Shown in pieces: positions 25,660 through 32,974 of a DNA stretch of 36,656 bases. Position numbers and translations under genes: made by a program. A model generated the notes under the pieces. The model was not told the origin of the DNA and did not search any database. It saw only the letters and a list, made by a program, of their open reading frames with translations. The number at the start of each line of letters is the position of its first letter. The first letter of the stretch is position 1. Source of the stretch: a virus (lineage: Duplodnaviria > Caudoviricetes); IMG/VR virus record IMGVR_UViG_3300048606_000040, positions 1 to 36,656 of that record; one strand, written 5' to 3'.

Positions 25660-26610
25660 TTAGAACGGGATCTCATCATCGAAAGGGGGCGGGTTCTGCT
25701 CGTCGTAGTCGCGCGATGCAGAAAGGGGCGGCGACGGGGTGCGTGTTGAGTCAGAGCCCGGCTTGCGCTTGGCCAACTCCCCCGCCGCCGCCTTGACCAG
25801 GTCGGGCTTGTCCGCGAGCTCGCGGATGATCCACTCGAGGTAGCCCGACTCTACCTCGCGCCAGGGCTTGCCCTTGAACTTGCCGATCGGGCAATGGGTG
25901 AGCACCGCCCCGCTCGAGAACGCCTGGCGCGGCTTCTCAGCGTCGCCGGCGGCAGGCTTCGGCGCGTTGCGCTGCGGGAGACCTTGCTGCGCGCGCTCGA
26001 GATCGACGGGCGGCATGCGCCGCTTCATCTCGGTCGCGATGCCAGAGAGGCCGGCGATGCGCTTCACGGCGTCGACGTGCGCCCGCTTGGCGGCGCGCTT
26101 CATCGCGTTGTTGAGACTGCCGCCCACCTCGTCGATGTTGCAGGCGCCGGTGCCCTGGCTCATCGCGACGCCGCTCGCCCCGTAGAGCTCGCAGTCGCAG
26201 ATCACATCCTTGATCTGCACGCCCTTCAGCGCCATGCGCCGGAAGTCTTCCATGCCGAGGAAACGGGTCGCGAGACCGAGCAGCCCGCAGATCTTCTCCG
26301 CGCCCTTCTTCGACAGATCCGGATCCGCCCAGTGGCCTGGGTTCACGACGGGCGAGCAATACGGCGGGCCGCCGGCGTCGCAGTTGCGCTTGCTGACGAA
26401 GTGCACCTGGACGATGTCCTCGCCGAGCACCATGTGCGAGCAGAGCCAGCTGATCAGCGCCTCGTAGTTCTGGCCTCGCTGCTGGACCTGCAGGGCGAAC
26501 TGGGCGGGGTCAGCGTCGAAGGGGTTACTCGGGGGCTGGTAGGCCTGCACCGCTTGGCTCGCGGCCGCGGGCTGCGCCGGGACGTCGATAACTTGGGGGT
26601 CGCGATTCAT
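25660..26610 (-). CDS. Putative single-strand annealing protein (Rad52/Sak-like) with DUF3820/ExoX-C-like domain and SSB-like tail (316 aa)
   Basis: LSKKGAEKI..LLGL, NNAMKRAAKRAHVDAV, PIGKFKGKPWREV..GYLEW, C-terminal DDEIPF; start at ATG 26610. Confidence 0.7.
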   Translation of the reverse strand: MNRDPQVIDVPAQPAAASQAVQAYQPPSNPFDADPAQFALQVQQRGQNYEALISWLCSHMVLGEDIVQVHFVSKRNCDAGGPPYCSPVVNPGHWADPDLSKKGAEKICGLLGLATRFLGMEDFRRMALKGVQIKDVICDCELYGASGVAMSQGTGACNIDEVGGSLNNAMKRAAKRAHVDAVKRIAGLSGIATEMKRRMPPVDLERAQQGLPQRNAPKPAAGDAEKPRQAFSSGAVLTHCPIGKFKGKPWREVESGYLEWIIRELADKPDLVKAAAGELAKRKPGSDSTRTPSPPLSASRDYDEQNPPPFDDEIPF

Positions 26611-26915
26611 GCGGGCACCGGGGAACGATCGAAGAGGGGCACCGGCGCGTCCCAGGGGAGGCGCTCGTGGTGGGCGTAGATCCAGCGGTCCTCGGTCTGA
26701 TCGCCCGGCCCAGGCCAGGCGCTTGGGTAGGCGAGCAGCTCGCGCGCCTTGCCGTCGCTGCCGCGGACCAGGGTGCCGCGCCAGTGCTCGGTGACCAGGT
26801 AGACGGGGATCCCGTCGGAGTGGTGCAGGCGCGGCACCTCGGCGCCAATGATCAAGCACGGGCCCACCGGCTGCCCGCGCTCGATCACCTGGCCGTAGAT
26901 GCCGGCGGAGCTCAC
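26607..26915 (-). CDS. Hypothetical protein
   Basis: Overlap chain; typical codons. Confidence 0.65.
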   Translation of the reverse strand: MSSAGIYGQVIERGQPVGPCLIIGAEVPRLHHSDGIPVYLVTEHWRGTLVRGSDGKARELLAYPSAWPGPGDQTEDRWIYAHHERLPWDAPVPLFDRSPVPA

Positions 26916-27178
26916 CTGCCGGTCTCGCGCATCTCGCCAGGCTCGGGGAACTCATCGCAGCACTCGGGCGGCGCGTGATCCTCACCGCAGACGCTGCACC
27001 AGACCTGCGCGTCGACGACCGGCGCCGCGGGCTCGGCCGTCTGGCCGTTCAGCCAGGCGACGCGCGCGGCGGCCGCGGCGCTGGTGTCGTGGTCGCTCTC
27101 GGACTGCCACACCCCGGCGGGGGTGTAGAAGCCGACGGTGAACAGGCCCGGCTCGCTCTTGAGGTAGACGTAGCTCAC
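26912..27178 (-). CDS. Hypothetical phage protein with Cys-rich tail
   Basis: YVY..SEP.L.TVGFY.P.G.W..ESDH...A.RV..LNG pattern; CSVC..H...CC. Confidence 0.75.
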   Translation of the reverse strand: MSYVYLKSEPGLFTVGFYTPAGVWQSESDHDTSAAAAARVAWLNGQTAEPAAPVVDAQVWCSVCGEDHAPPECCDEFPEPGEMRETGR

Positions 27179-27249
27179 GACAGCCCTCGCATGTCGGACT
27201 GCGGGCCGAAGGGATCCTTGGGGAGCCCGTCGTTGAATTCGCCCCTCAT
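27175..27249 (-). CDS. 24-aa micro-ORF (MRGEFNDGLPKDPFGPQSDMRGLS)
   Basis: GGAGG RBS; ATGA overlap upstream and GTGA overlap downstream, exactly filling the gap. Confidence 0.55.
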   Translation of the reverse strand: MRGEFNDGLPKDPFGPQSDMRGLS

Positions 27250-27851
27250 ACGCTCGCCTCCGTTCCGTTCGTCGGCTCGCGGAGGGATTGCAGATGCGAA
27301 GAGCCGCCCCACTGGTCCGCCATTGCCTCCGCGATTCCGCTGTAGGTGACTGATCGTTTTTTCCATCGGTCGGGGGATGGCGGCTCTAAGTGCACCCGCG
27401 CAATTCGGCCCTCTACGATATTCGTGGGCACGAGCTTCGGGAGATTGCGCAGCCACAGGCAAGTTGCCTTTACCTCGCCGTGGCCGAATTGCCATGGGTG
27501 CACGATTTGATCTGGCTTGCGAATTTTGCTGCTTATGATTGACACCGGGTTCTCTAAAGCCCACCTGGGAATGCGCGTAGCCATCAGACGCCTAACAAAG
27601 TCCAGCGCCTCTGCCTGCTCGCGCTGCTTGTCCTTAAACCAACGGGCACCGCTGACGGCCAGATGTGTGCACGGTGGGTGAAATATCCCCATGTCCCAAC
27701 CGTCATCAAGGACGCGCAGCACGTCGCCCTGTATGTGGTAACGGCTATCCCCTTCGCACGGAAGAAGGTCGCAGCTATAGGCGTCATGGCCACGCGCACG
27801 GAAAGCGTCGCGCACTTTGGCCGAAAATTCGCAACCGACGATCAGACGCAT
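27246..27851 (-). CDS. Compact C5-cytosine DNA methyltransferase-like protein
   Basis: GCEFS..VR.AF...GHDAYSCD, HPPCT (catalytic PC), ENP and GIAEAMADQW; GGAGG RBS favours ATG 27851. Confidence 0.85.
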   Translation of the reverse strand: MRLIVGCEFSAKVRDAFRARGHDAYSCDLLPCEGDSRYHIQGDVLRVLDDGWDMGIFHPPCTHLAVSGARWFKDKQREQAEALDFVRRLMATRIPRWALENPVSIISSKIRKPDQIVHPWQFGHGEVKATCLWLRNLPKLVPTNIVEGRIARVHLEPPSPDRWKKRSVTYSGIAEAMADQWGGSSHLQSLREPTNGTEASV

Positions 27852-27866
27852 CTGCAATCCCTCCGG
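27279..27866. mobile_element. Non-autonomous IR-bounded element carrying the methyltransferase
   Basis: Perfect 19-bp inverted repeats at 27280-27298 and 27847-27865; GGCTC direct repeats at 27274-27278 and 27867-27871; visibly lower GC inside. Confidence 0.65.
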
Positions 27867-28621
27867 GGCTCATGACTCGAAAAGGCCGCTGGCCGCCCTG
27901 CGGGCTGAGCACCCAACGCCATTGGATGGCTGGGGTGCTCCGGGCGCCCGCAATGGCTCAACCCAGCGGGGTTGCTCGCATCCATGCTCGCGCCGACGCG
28001 CGCCTGGTGGTCGGGCAGCTGCTCGATGATGAAGCCCATGGCGCGCAGCTGCTGGACGTGGGTCGCGGTGAAGGTCTTGACCCCGGCAAACTGCACCAGC
28101 TGGCCGGCGAGGACGTTGGAGGGGTAGATCAGGGTGTTGCCGTAGACGTTCCGCAGGTAGACCTGCACGAGCAGGCCGGCCGGCATGGACTCCTTCGGCA
28201 CCGGCTTGACCGCCAGCGGGATCTGCTCCTTCACGATCCGCGGCTGCTTCGCCGGGTGGGTGACCGCCTCGGCGACCTGGCCGAGCACCTCGGCCATCGG
28301 CGCCGGGATCGCGAGCACGAACCGGCCGCAGCAGTTGCTCACCTCGATCCCGGTGAAGCCGCCCTCGCTGTACTCGCTGAAGTGGTCACGGGATCCGTAC
28401 ACGAACCAGGCGCCGGCGATGCCCATGTACGGGTCGCGGCCCAGGGACTTGAAGACCTTGCCGGCGTTGTCCGGCGCCTTCACCGGATAGAAGGCAGGGT
28501 TCGGGACGTTGCTCACCGCGTCGATCATTCCGTCGAACTGCGAGAGCTTCATGATCTGCAGCTGCGCCCAGTTCTTACGGACGAAGCTCTTGACGTTGGT
28601 CAGAGTGATTTTCTTGGCCAT
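27842..28621 (-). CDS. First early gene; two-domain hypothetical protein (259 aa)
   Basis: CAGGAG RBS, ATG 28621; N-domain KKITL..VKSFVRKN..FDGM..NCCG.F; C-domain VYGNTLIYP..AG.KT.T...L..MGF. Confidence 0.8.
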   Translation of the reverse strand: MAKKITLTNVKSFVRKNWAQLQIMKLSQFDGMIDAVSNVPNPAFYPVKAPDNAGKVFKSLGRDPYMGIAGAWFVYGSRDHFSEYSEGGFTGIEVSNCCGRFVLAIPAPMAEVLGQVAEAVTHPAKQPRIVKEQIPLAVKPVPKESMPAGLLVQVYLRNVYGNTLIYPSNVLAGQLVQFAGVKTFTATHVQQLRAMGFIIEQLPDHQARVGASMDASNPAGLSHCGRPEHPSHPMALGAQPAGRPAAFSSHEPRRDCRCV

Positions 28622-28649
28622 CTTCGGGACTCCTGAGTTACTCAACACG

Positions 28650-28670
28650 CAGGAGTGTTATACGCCGACT
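28650..28670 (-). promoter_or_regulatory. Early leftward promoter (-10 TATAAC)
   Basis: GCGTATAACACTCCT about 35 nt upstream of ATG 28621; no clear -35. Confidence 0.55.
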
Positions 28671-28678
28671 TGCGAGCG

Positions 28679-28715
28679 AAAAAAAGCCCGGATGCGACAG
28701 AACGCAGCCGGGCTT
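28679..28715 (-). terminator. Rho-independent terminator after the 59-aa gene
   Basis: Minus strand AAGCCCGG...CCGGGCTTTTTTT. Confidence 0.75.
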
Positions 28716-28741
28716 GGACTTATCGTAACTGCTCGGGGTGG

Positions 28742-28921
28742 TTAGAAGCGTTTCAGGTCGACCACCTCCCCACCCTGCAGGATGCGAATGCTGCGCCGGA
28801 TGCCGTTGACCTGCTGGTCACGGCCGGCCGCACATCGGGCCTCTTTCAGCGACGGGTGCGGCTCGTTCGGGCGCGTCTCGAGGAAGAAGGGCAGCGGCTT
28901 GGCCGCTGGCTGGGTCTGCAT
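28742..28921 (-). CDS. Hypothetical 59-aa protein, apparently monocistronic
   Basis: GAGGT RBS, upstream TATAAG (28960-28955), downstream terminator. Confidence 0.6.
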   Translation of the reverse strand: MQTQPAAKPLPFFLETRPNEPHPSLKEARCAAGRDQQVNGIRRSIRILQGGEVVDLKRF

Positions 28922-28986
28922 GGGAACACCTCGCTCGGGGTGGGTAACGCGGACCTTATACCCGGACGCTTCGGGCGTCGATGTGA

Positions 28987-29017
28987 TTGACGTCGCAACC
29001 TGATGCGCCGTTATACT
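28987..29017 (+). promoter_or_regulatory. Rightward sigma70-like promoter giving a probably leaderless mRNA
   Basis: TTGACG 28987-28992, 19-bp spacer, TATACT 29012-29017; ATG 8 nt downstream with no SD. Confidence 0.55.
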
Positions 29018-29025
29018 CGCCGCCC

Positions 29026-29307
29026 ATGACGAAGACCGAGCTGCGAGTTCTGCAATTACTGACCAACAACGGCGGCCGAATGAAGCTGCGGGAGATCTCC
29101 CCGCAGATGAGCCGCTACCCATCCGAGGCCCGCAACCAGGCGCTGATGAACTTGGAGACGCTCGAGCTCGTGAGCTCCGCGCAGATGCCTCGGGAGGGGA
29201 AGACGGGCGGGGTGCCGGGGCTCGTGTACTGGCTCACGCCTGCCGGTGTCTCTCACGTCGAAACCCTCCGGCTGCAGGGTCGAATCGTGGGTAAGCGGGG
29301 CGCCTGA
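29026..29307 (+). CDS. Winged-helix DNA-binding regulator (93 aa)
   Basis: ELRVLQLL, L.NLE..ELV and YWLT.AG wHTH pattern. Confidence 0.75.
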   Translation: MTKTELRVLQLLTNNGGRMKLREISPQMSRYPSEARNQALMNLETLELVSSAQMPREGKTGGVPGLVYWLTPAGVSHVETLRLQGRIVGKRGA

Positions 29308-29450
29308 TCATGCACACGTTATCCACAGGGTTATCCCCAGCTCGTGAGACTCCTCCCACGGCGAACTTCTTCAAGTTCTGTAGGCACTTGCGCTACAGGG
29401 TGTCGGACTTATCCACATATCCACAGGCTCTACTACTACTAATTCTTAAA
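29308..29450. other. oriC-like replication origin: DnaA boxes, DnaA-trios, AT-rich end
   Basis: TTATCCACA at 29319 and 29409; variants at 29308, 29331 and 29417; then GGCT, CTACTACTACTA (29430-29441) and ATTCTTAAA. Confidence 0.85.
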
Positions 29451-29485
29451 GGGATTGGGGAGTCCAGAGGGGAAAGGGGCTCACG

Positions 29486-30661
29486 ATGAACGACCGAATC
29501 CACTGGGCTTTTTCGCAGCCCGAGCTCAACAGCGGCGAGAAGCTGATCCTGGTGTGGCTCGCCTGGCGCGCGGGATCCGGCGCCGCCATCCTCGAGCGCG
29601 ATCTGCTCGCCCAGGCGAGCGACTACGAGCCGCGCAGCCTGCAGCGGATCCTGAAGACCCTGCGCGATCGTGGCCTGCTGCACGAGGCGGGCGACTGGTA
29701 TGCGGTGGGGCAGACCCCAGGGGGTGAGGCGCCGGCCTTCCCGCCGGCGGATATGCAGCCCCTGGGTGCAGATATGCGCGAGTCCCTGGCGCGCGAGCTG
29801 CCGCTCATGACCGACCAGGAGCTCGGGCGGATCGAGGACGCACTCGCCAAAGCCATCACCGAGGCGGGCGATGGGCTGATCACCCGCTTCAACGACGTGA
29901 GCCTTCGCCTGCTGCAGGGGATCGAGAAGATCGCCCAGGCGGCTCGTGTCTGGGAGGAGAGCGTCGCCGATGCCGTCGCGCCAGCGCCCGATCCGGTGCG
30001 CGAGTCCACCCACTTCAAGGCCTTCATGCTGGGCGGTGTGCTCACCGAGCCCGAGGCCTACGAGCTCGCGAGGAAGCGCCTGGAAGCCGAAGGGGTGCTG
30101 GCTGGCCCAGGACCCTCGGCCGCCGCCGTGCTGCCCGTGGCGGTCCAGACGCTCGTGCCCAAGGGGCGCCAGCCACTGCGCGACACCCGCCAGTACCTGG
30201 ACTCCCCGCTCGGACGCTTCGAGCGCGTGCGCGACATCCTGGACCCGGCCGGCACTGAGCCCTGGGCGGATGCGATGACCGTCTGGTCGAAGCTCGAGGC
30301 TTCGGAGAACAAGCACTCGGTGGAGGGTGAGAGCACGGGCTTCGAGCTCCTGTACCCGGCGATCGTCACCGCCGCCCGGCGCAGCGCCGGCTTGATGTCC
30401 GTCGCGCAGTTCCTGGACGAGAAGGCCATTGCCGCCAACCGCGCACCGTGGGACCAGGCGCCCGCGGTCGCGAACAACGACGCGCAGCTGCAGGTCGAGC
30501 TCGCGAACATGCTGGACGAGCTCGAGCGCGCGAGCCACCCGATGGCGATCGCGCCCGGGCGCACGGTCGAGGGCTCGCTCACCGAGTCGTTGGCGTCGTA
30601 TCACTTGCGCGTGAAGCGCGTTCACCAGCAGCTGAAGAAGCTGCAAGAAATGGGGGTTTGA
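29486..30661 (+). CDS. Putative replication protein with N-terminal wHTH
   Basis: WAFSQ...EKLILVWLA...LA......RSLQRILKTL..RGLL resembles phage initiator N-termini; adjacent to the origin. Confidence 0.65.
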   Translation: MNDRIHWAFSQPELNSGEKLILVWLAWRAGSGAAILERDLLAQASDYEPRSLQRILKTLRDRGLLHEAGDWYAVGQTPGGEAPAFPPADMQPLGADMRESLARELPLMTDQELGRIEDALAKAITEAGDGLITRFNDVSLRLLQGIEKIAQAARVWEESVADAVAPAPDPVRESTHFKAFMLGGVLTEPEAYELARKRLEAEGVLAGPGPSAAAVLPVAVQTLVPKGRQPLRDTRQYLDSPLGRFERVRDILDPAGTEPWADAMTVWSKLEASENKHSVEGESTGFELLYPAIVTAARRSAGLMSVAQFLDEKAIAANRAPWDQAPAVANNDAQLQVELANMLDELERASHPMAIAPGRTVEGSLTESLASYHLRVKRVHQQLKKLQEMGV

Positions 30662-30664
30662 ACC

Positions 30665-31177
30665 ATGGCCGAGGTCGAAAATGAAGTACTGCAGAGCGCG
30701 CGCGAGAAAGCCGATCGCCGCCTCAACGCAGCCGTCGGTGCCCTGCGCAAGGCCGCCGCGGAGATCGGCCGCACACACCAGATCCCTGATGACATTCAGG
30801 GCCACTCTGTCGAGGAGCTGCTCGGCCGTATCGCGTATGTGCCGAGTCTGTCCCGCGAGCTCGCGCGCGCCGCGGGCCAGGCGCTCGCCAAGCAGGAGCT
30901 CGATGGCCTGCTCGCGAAGACGCCCGTGCAGGGCGAGCCTTCGGTGGGGTTGGTAGACACCTCGAAGCTCACCTCGATCCCTAAGGGCCTCGATCTCGCC
31001 GAGCTCGCAGGCATCACCCCGGCGATGGTCAAGGTGCTCAAGGCCGCGGCGCTGCACCAGGTGCAGGACGTGCTGCAGGTTCCCGACGAGCACCTGGCGA
31101 AGATGCTCAACTGGGACGCGAAGCAGATCGGCAAGCTGCGCGCGGCGATCGCGAAGGCCTCGGCGCCGAGCTCGTGA
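30665..31177 (+). CDS. Hypothetical protein with C-terminal helix-hairpin-helix-like domain
   Basis: LAELAGITPAMVKVLKAA....VQDVL.VP.E.L pattern. Confidence 0.7.
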   Translation: MAEVENEVLQSAREKADRRLNAAVGALRKAAAEIGRTHQIPDDIQGHSVEELLGRIAYVPSLSRELARAAGQALAKQELDGLLAKTPVQGEPSVGLVDTSKLTSIPKGLDLAELAGITPAMVKVLKAAALHQVQDVLQVPDEHLAKMLNWDAKQIGKLRAAIAKASAPSS

Positions 31178-31788
31178 GCCTGCGCTTCACCAACCTCGAC
31201 CAGCTGGCCGCCTGCTCGCCGGCGGTGCGCGCGCAGCTCGAGAAACACCTCGGGGCGCCGACCGAGGTGGGCAAGCACGTCGACGCGGCGATCTCGAAGG
31301 CCACGGCCACGCAGATCGATCAGATCCAGGGCCGCGCGCACGTGGCGAAGAAGATGGGCCGCCCCGAGCAGGAGGCTGGCGCGCTCCTCGTGAAGTGGAT
31401 TGATCTCGTGGTCATGCCGAACGGCCTGAAGCCGGGCGAGTTTTTCTATCACGTCGCGAACGGTGGCGGCAGGAGCGCGGTCGAGGCGGGGATCTTGAAG
31501 GGCCAGGGCGTGCGCGCCGGCTGGCCTGACTACGGGCTGGATCTTCCCGCCGGCCCGTACCACGGGCTGCGCCTCGAGCTCAAAGCCGACGACGGGGCGA
31601 AGCCGCCCGATCACCAGCTCGAGATCCTCGCGCGCCTGGAATCGGTCGGCTACAAGTGCTGTGTTGCCTGGGGGTTTGACGATGCACGCCGATACATCGG
31701 GGAGTACCTGGATCTCTATCGCCGAACGTCCTCCGCCGGCGCCGAAGCCCGACGGCCGCCGCCTGCTGGTGTTCCTGCGCATGAATGA
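31174..31788 (+). CDS. VRR-NUC domain nuclease (putative resolvase)
   Basis: HVANGGGR, GVRAGWPD, GLRLELK and GY...VAWG. Confidence 0.88.
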   Translation: MSLRFTNLDQLAACSPAVRAQLEKHLGAPTEVGKHVDAAISKATATQIDQIQGRAHVAKKMGRPEQEAGALLVKWIDLVVMPNGLKPGEFFYHVANGGGRSAVEAGILKGQGVRAGWPDYGLDLPAGPYHGLRLELKADDGAKPPDHQLEILARLESVGYKCCVAWGFDDARRYIGEYLDLYRRTSSAGAEARRPPPAGVPAHE

Positions 31789-31942
31789 CGGCCGCGAGCT
31801 CATGGGCCACGGCACAGCCGGCGGCGGCACCGCGGCCGTCGGGATCAACCGCGCCACCCCGCAGCTGTCGCTCCTGGTCTCGACCGCCACGCACTGGCGT
31901 CCGATGGATGAGCGGGCGCTCGAGGAGTTCGAGCGTGGCTAA
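31682..31942 (+). CDS. DUF551-like protein overlapping the nuclease 3' end (start uncertain)
   Basis: WISIAERPP...THWRP motif. Confidence 0.65.
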   Translation: MHADTSGSTWISIAERPPPAPKPDGRRLLVFLRMNDGRELMGHGTAGGGTAAVGINRATPQLSLLVSTATHWRPMDERALEEFERG

Positions 31943-32645
31943 CTGGGACAAGCACACACCGAAGGGCATGTCGCGCGCCGAGCTCGAGGCCCGGGTGCGA
32001 GATGGTCTCAAGCGCTGGGAGGCGAAGGGCTGGGTCCGCCCGGGGTTCAATCTGCCGGTGAAGGCGGGCAGCGCGATCGCCACGGCCGCCGAGCCCACCC
32101 TCGACCGCAAGGCGACCAGGCGCGTCATGCAATGCGCTGACCTGGCTATCTACGCCCTCGCCAACGGCAACCGCCAGGACTACCTCGAGGCGGTGCGCGT
32201 GATCAACGCGACCCGGCGCCTGGCCGGCATGTCCTCGATCTTCATGAAGGCGATGTGCGAGGGGATCGCCGAGGCCGCGAGCGCCGCCTCCGGTGAGCCG
32301 CTCGAGCGCCTGGACCGACTCGCGCGCACCTGGTTGCACGCCGATCTCAACGGCGCCGACGGGCGCCTCATTTCACTACCGAGCAAGGGAGCAAACGACG
32401 ATGGCAAAGAAGGTCGACAAGGTCCCGGTGGATCCACCGGAGACGCCGAAGAAGGAAGCCCAGGAGGTGGTCCGGGAGATCAACCTGGGCAAGCGTCAAG
32501 TGCAGCTGAAGAACCTGAACGTGAGCCCGGAGAAGGCGGGGAAGGTGCTGGTCGAGAAGGTGGACCTGAGCCTGCACATGATCCTGGAACGGGGGGACCT
32601 GGACATCTGGATCGAGAGCCGCCGGAGCCTGGCGCCGAGCGTTGA
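31935..32645 (+). CDS. Hypothetical protein; last 245 nt overlap the next gene
   Basis: GAGGAG RBS, GTG 31935; typical codons up to about 32370. Confidence 0.7.
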   Translation: MANWDKHTPKGMSRAELEARVRDGLKRWEAKGWVRPGFNLPVKAGSAIATAAEPTLDRKATRRVMQCADLAIYALANGNRQDYLEAVRVINATRRLAGMSSIFMKAMCEGIAEAASAASGEPLERLDRLARTWLHADLNGADGRLISLPSKGANDDGKEGRQGPGGSTGDAEEGSPGGGPGDQPGQASSAAEEPEREPGEGGEGAGREGGPEPAHDPGTGGPGHLDREPPEPGAER

Positions 32646-32970
32646 GCTCTTCGACGACGAGGGCAATCCCGCATACCCCTCGGCCGTGGTGTTCCCGCTC
32701 GACCTGCAGGTCGAGGGGAGCTGCGTGATCGGGGCCACCGGCGCGGCCGCGAAGGACATGATCAAGTTCAAGAACGCGACGCTTAAGAAGCCGCTGCTCG
32801 AGCTCATGTACGGCTGGAAGGCGAAGCTCACCTGCTCGGTGCGCGTCTCCCCTGGTGGCCACCTCGACCAGCTCTCGAAGATGCGGATCGAGGAGGCGGC
32901 CTTGTTCTCGTTCAACGGCGAGAGCGCCCGCGACGAGGACAGCGAGGACCAGGAGGAGATGGATCTCTAA
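32401..32970 (+). CDS. Hypothetical beta-rich protein with acidic tail (189 aa)
   Basis: GGGAG RBS, ATG 32401; typical codons; ends EDSEDQEEMDL. Confidence 0.78.
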   Translation: MAKKVDKVPVDPPETPKKEAQEVVREINLGKRQVQLKNLNVSPEKAGKVLVEKVDLSLHMILERGDLDIWIESRRSLAPSVELFDDEGNPAYPSAVVFPLDLQVEGSCVIGATGAAAKDMIKFKNATLKKPLLELMYGWKAKLTCSVRVSPGGHLDQLSKMRIEEAALFSFNGESARDEDSEDQEEMDL

Positions 32971-32974
32971 CGCC

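Noticed and set aside
24312-25660. Complete parABS partition system
   Set aside because: No ParA ATPase and no canonical parS palindrome were recognised.
29393-31093. 566-aa minus-strand ORF
   Set aside because: Shadow of two plus-strand genes and runs into the origin.
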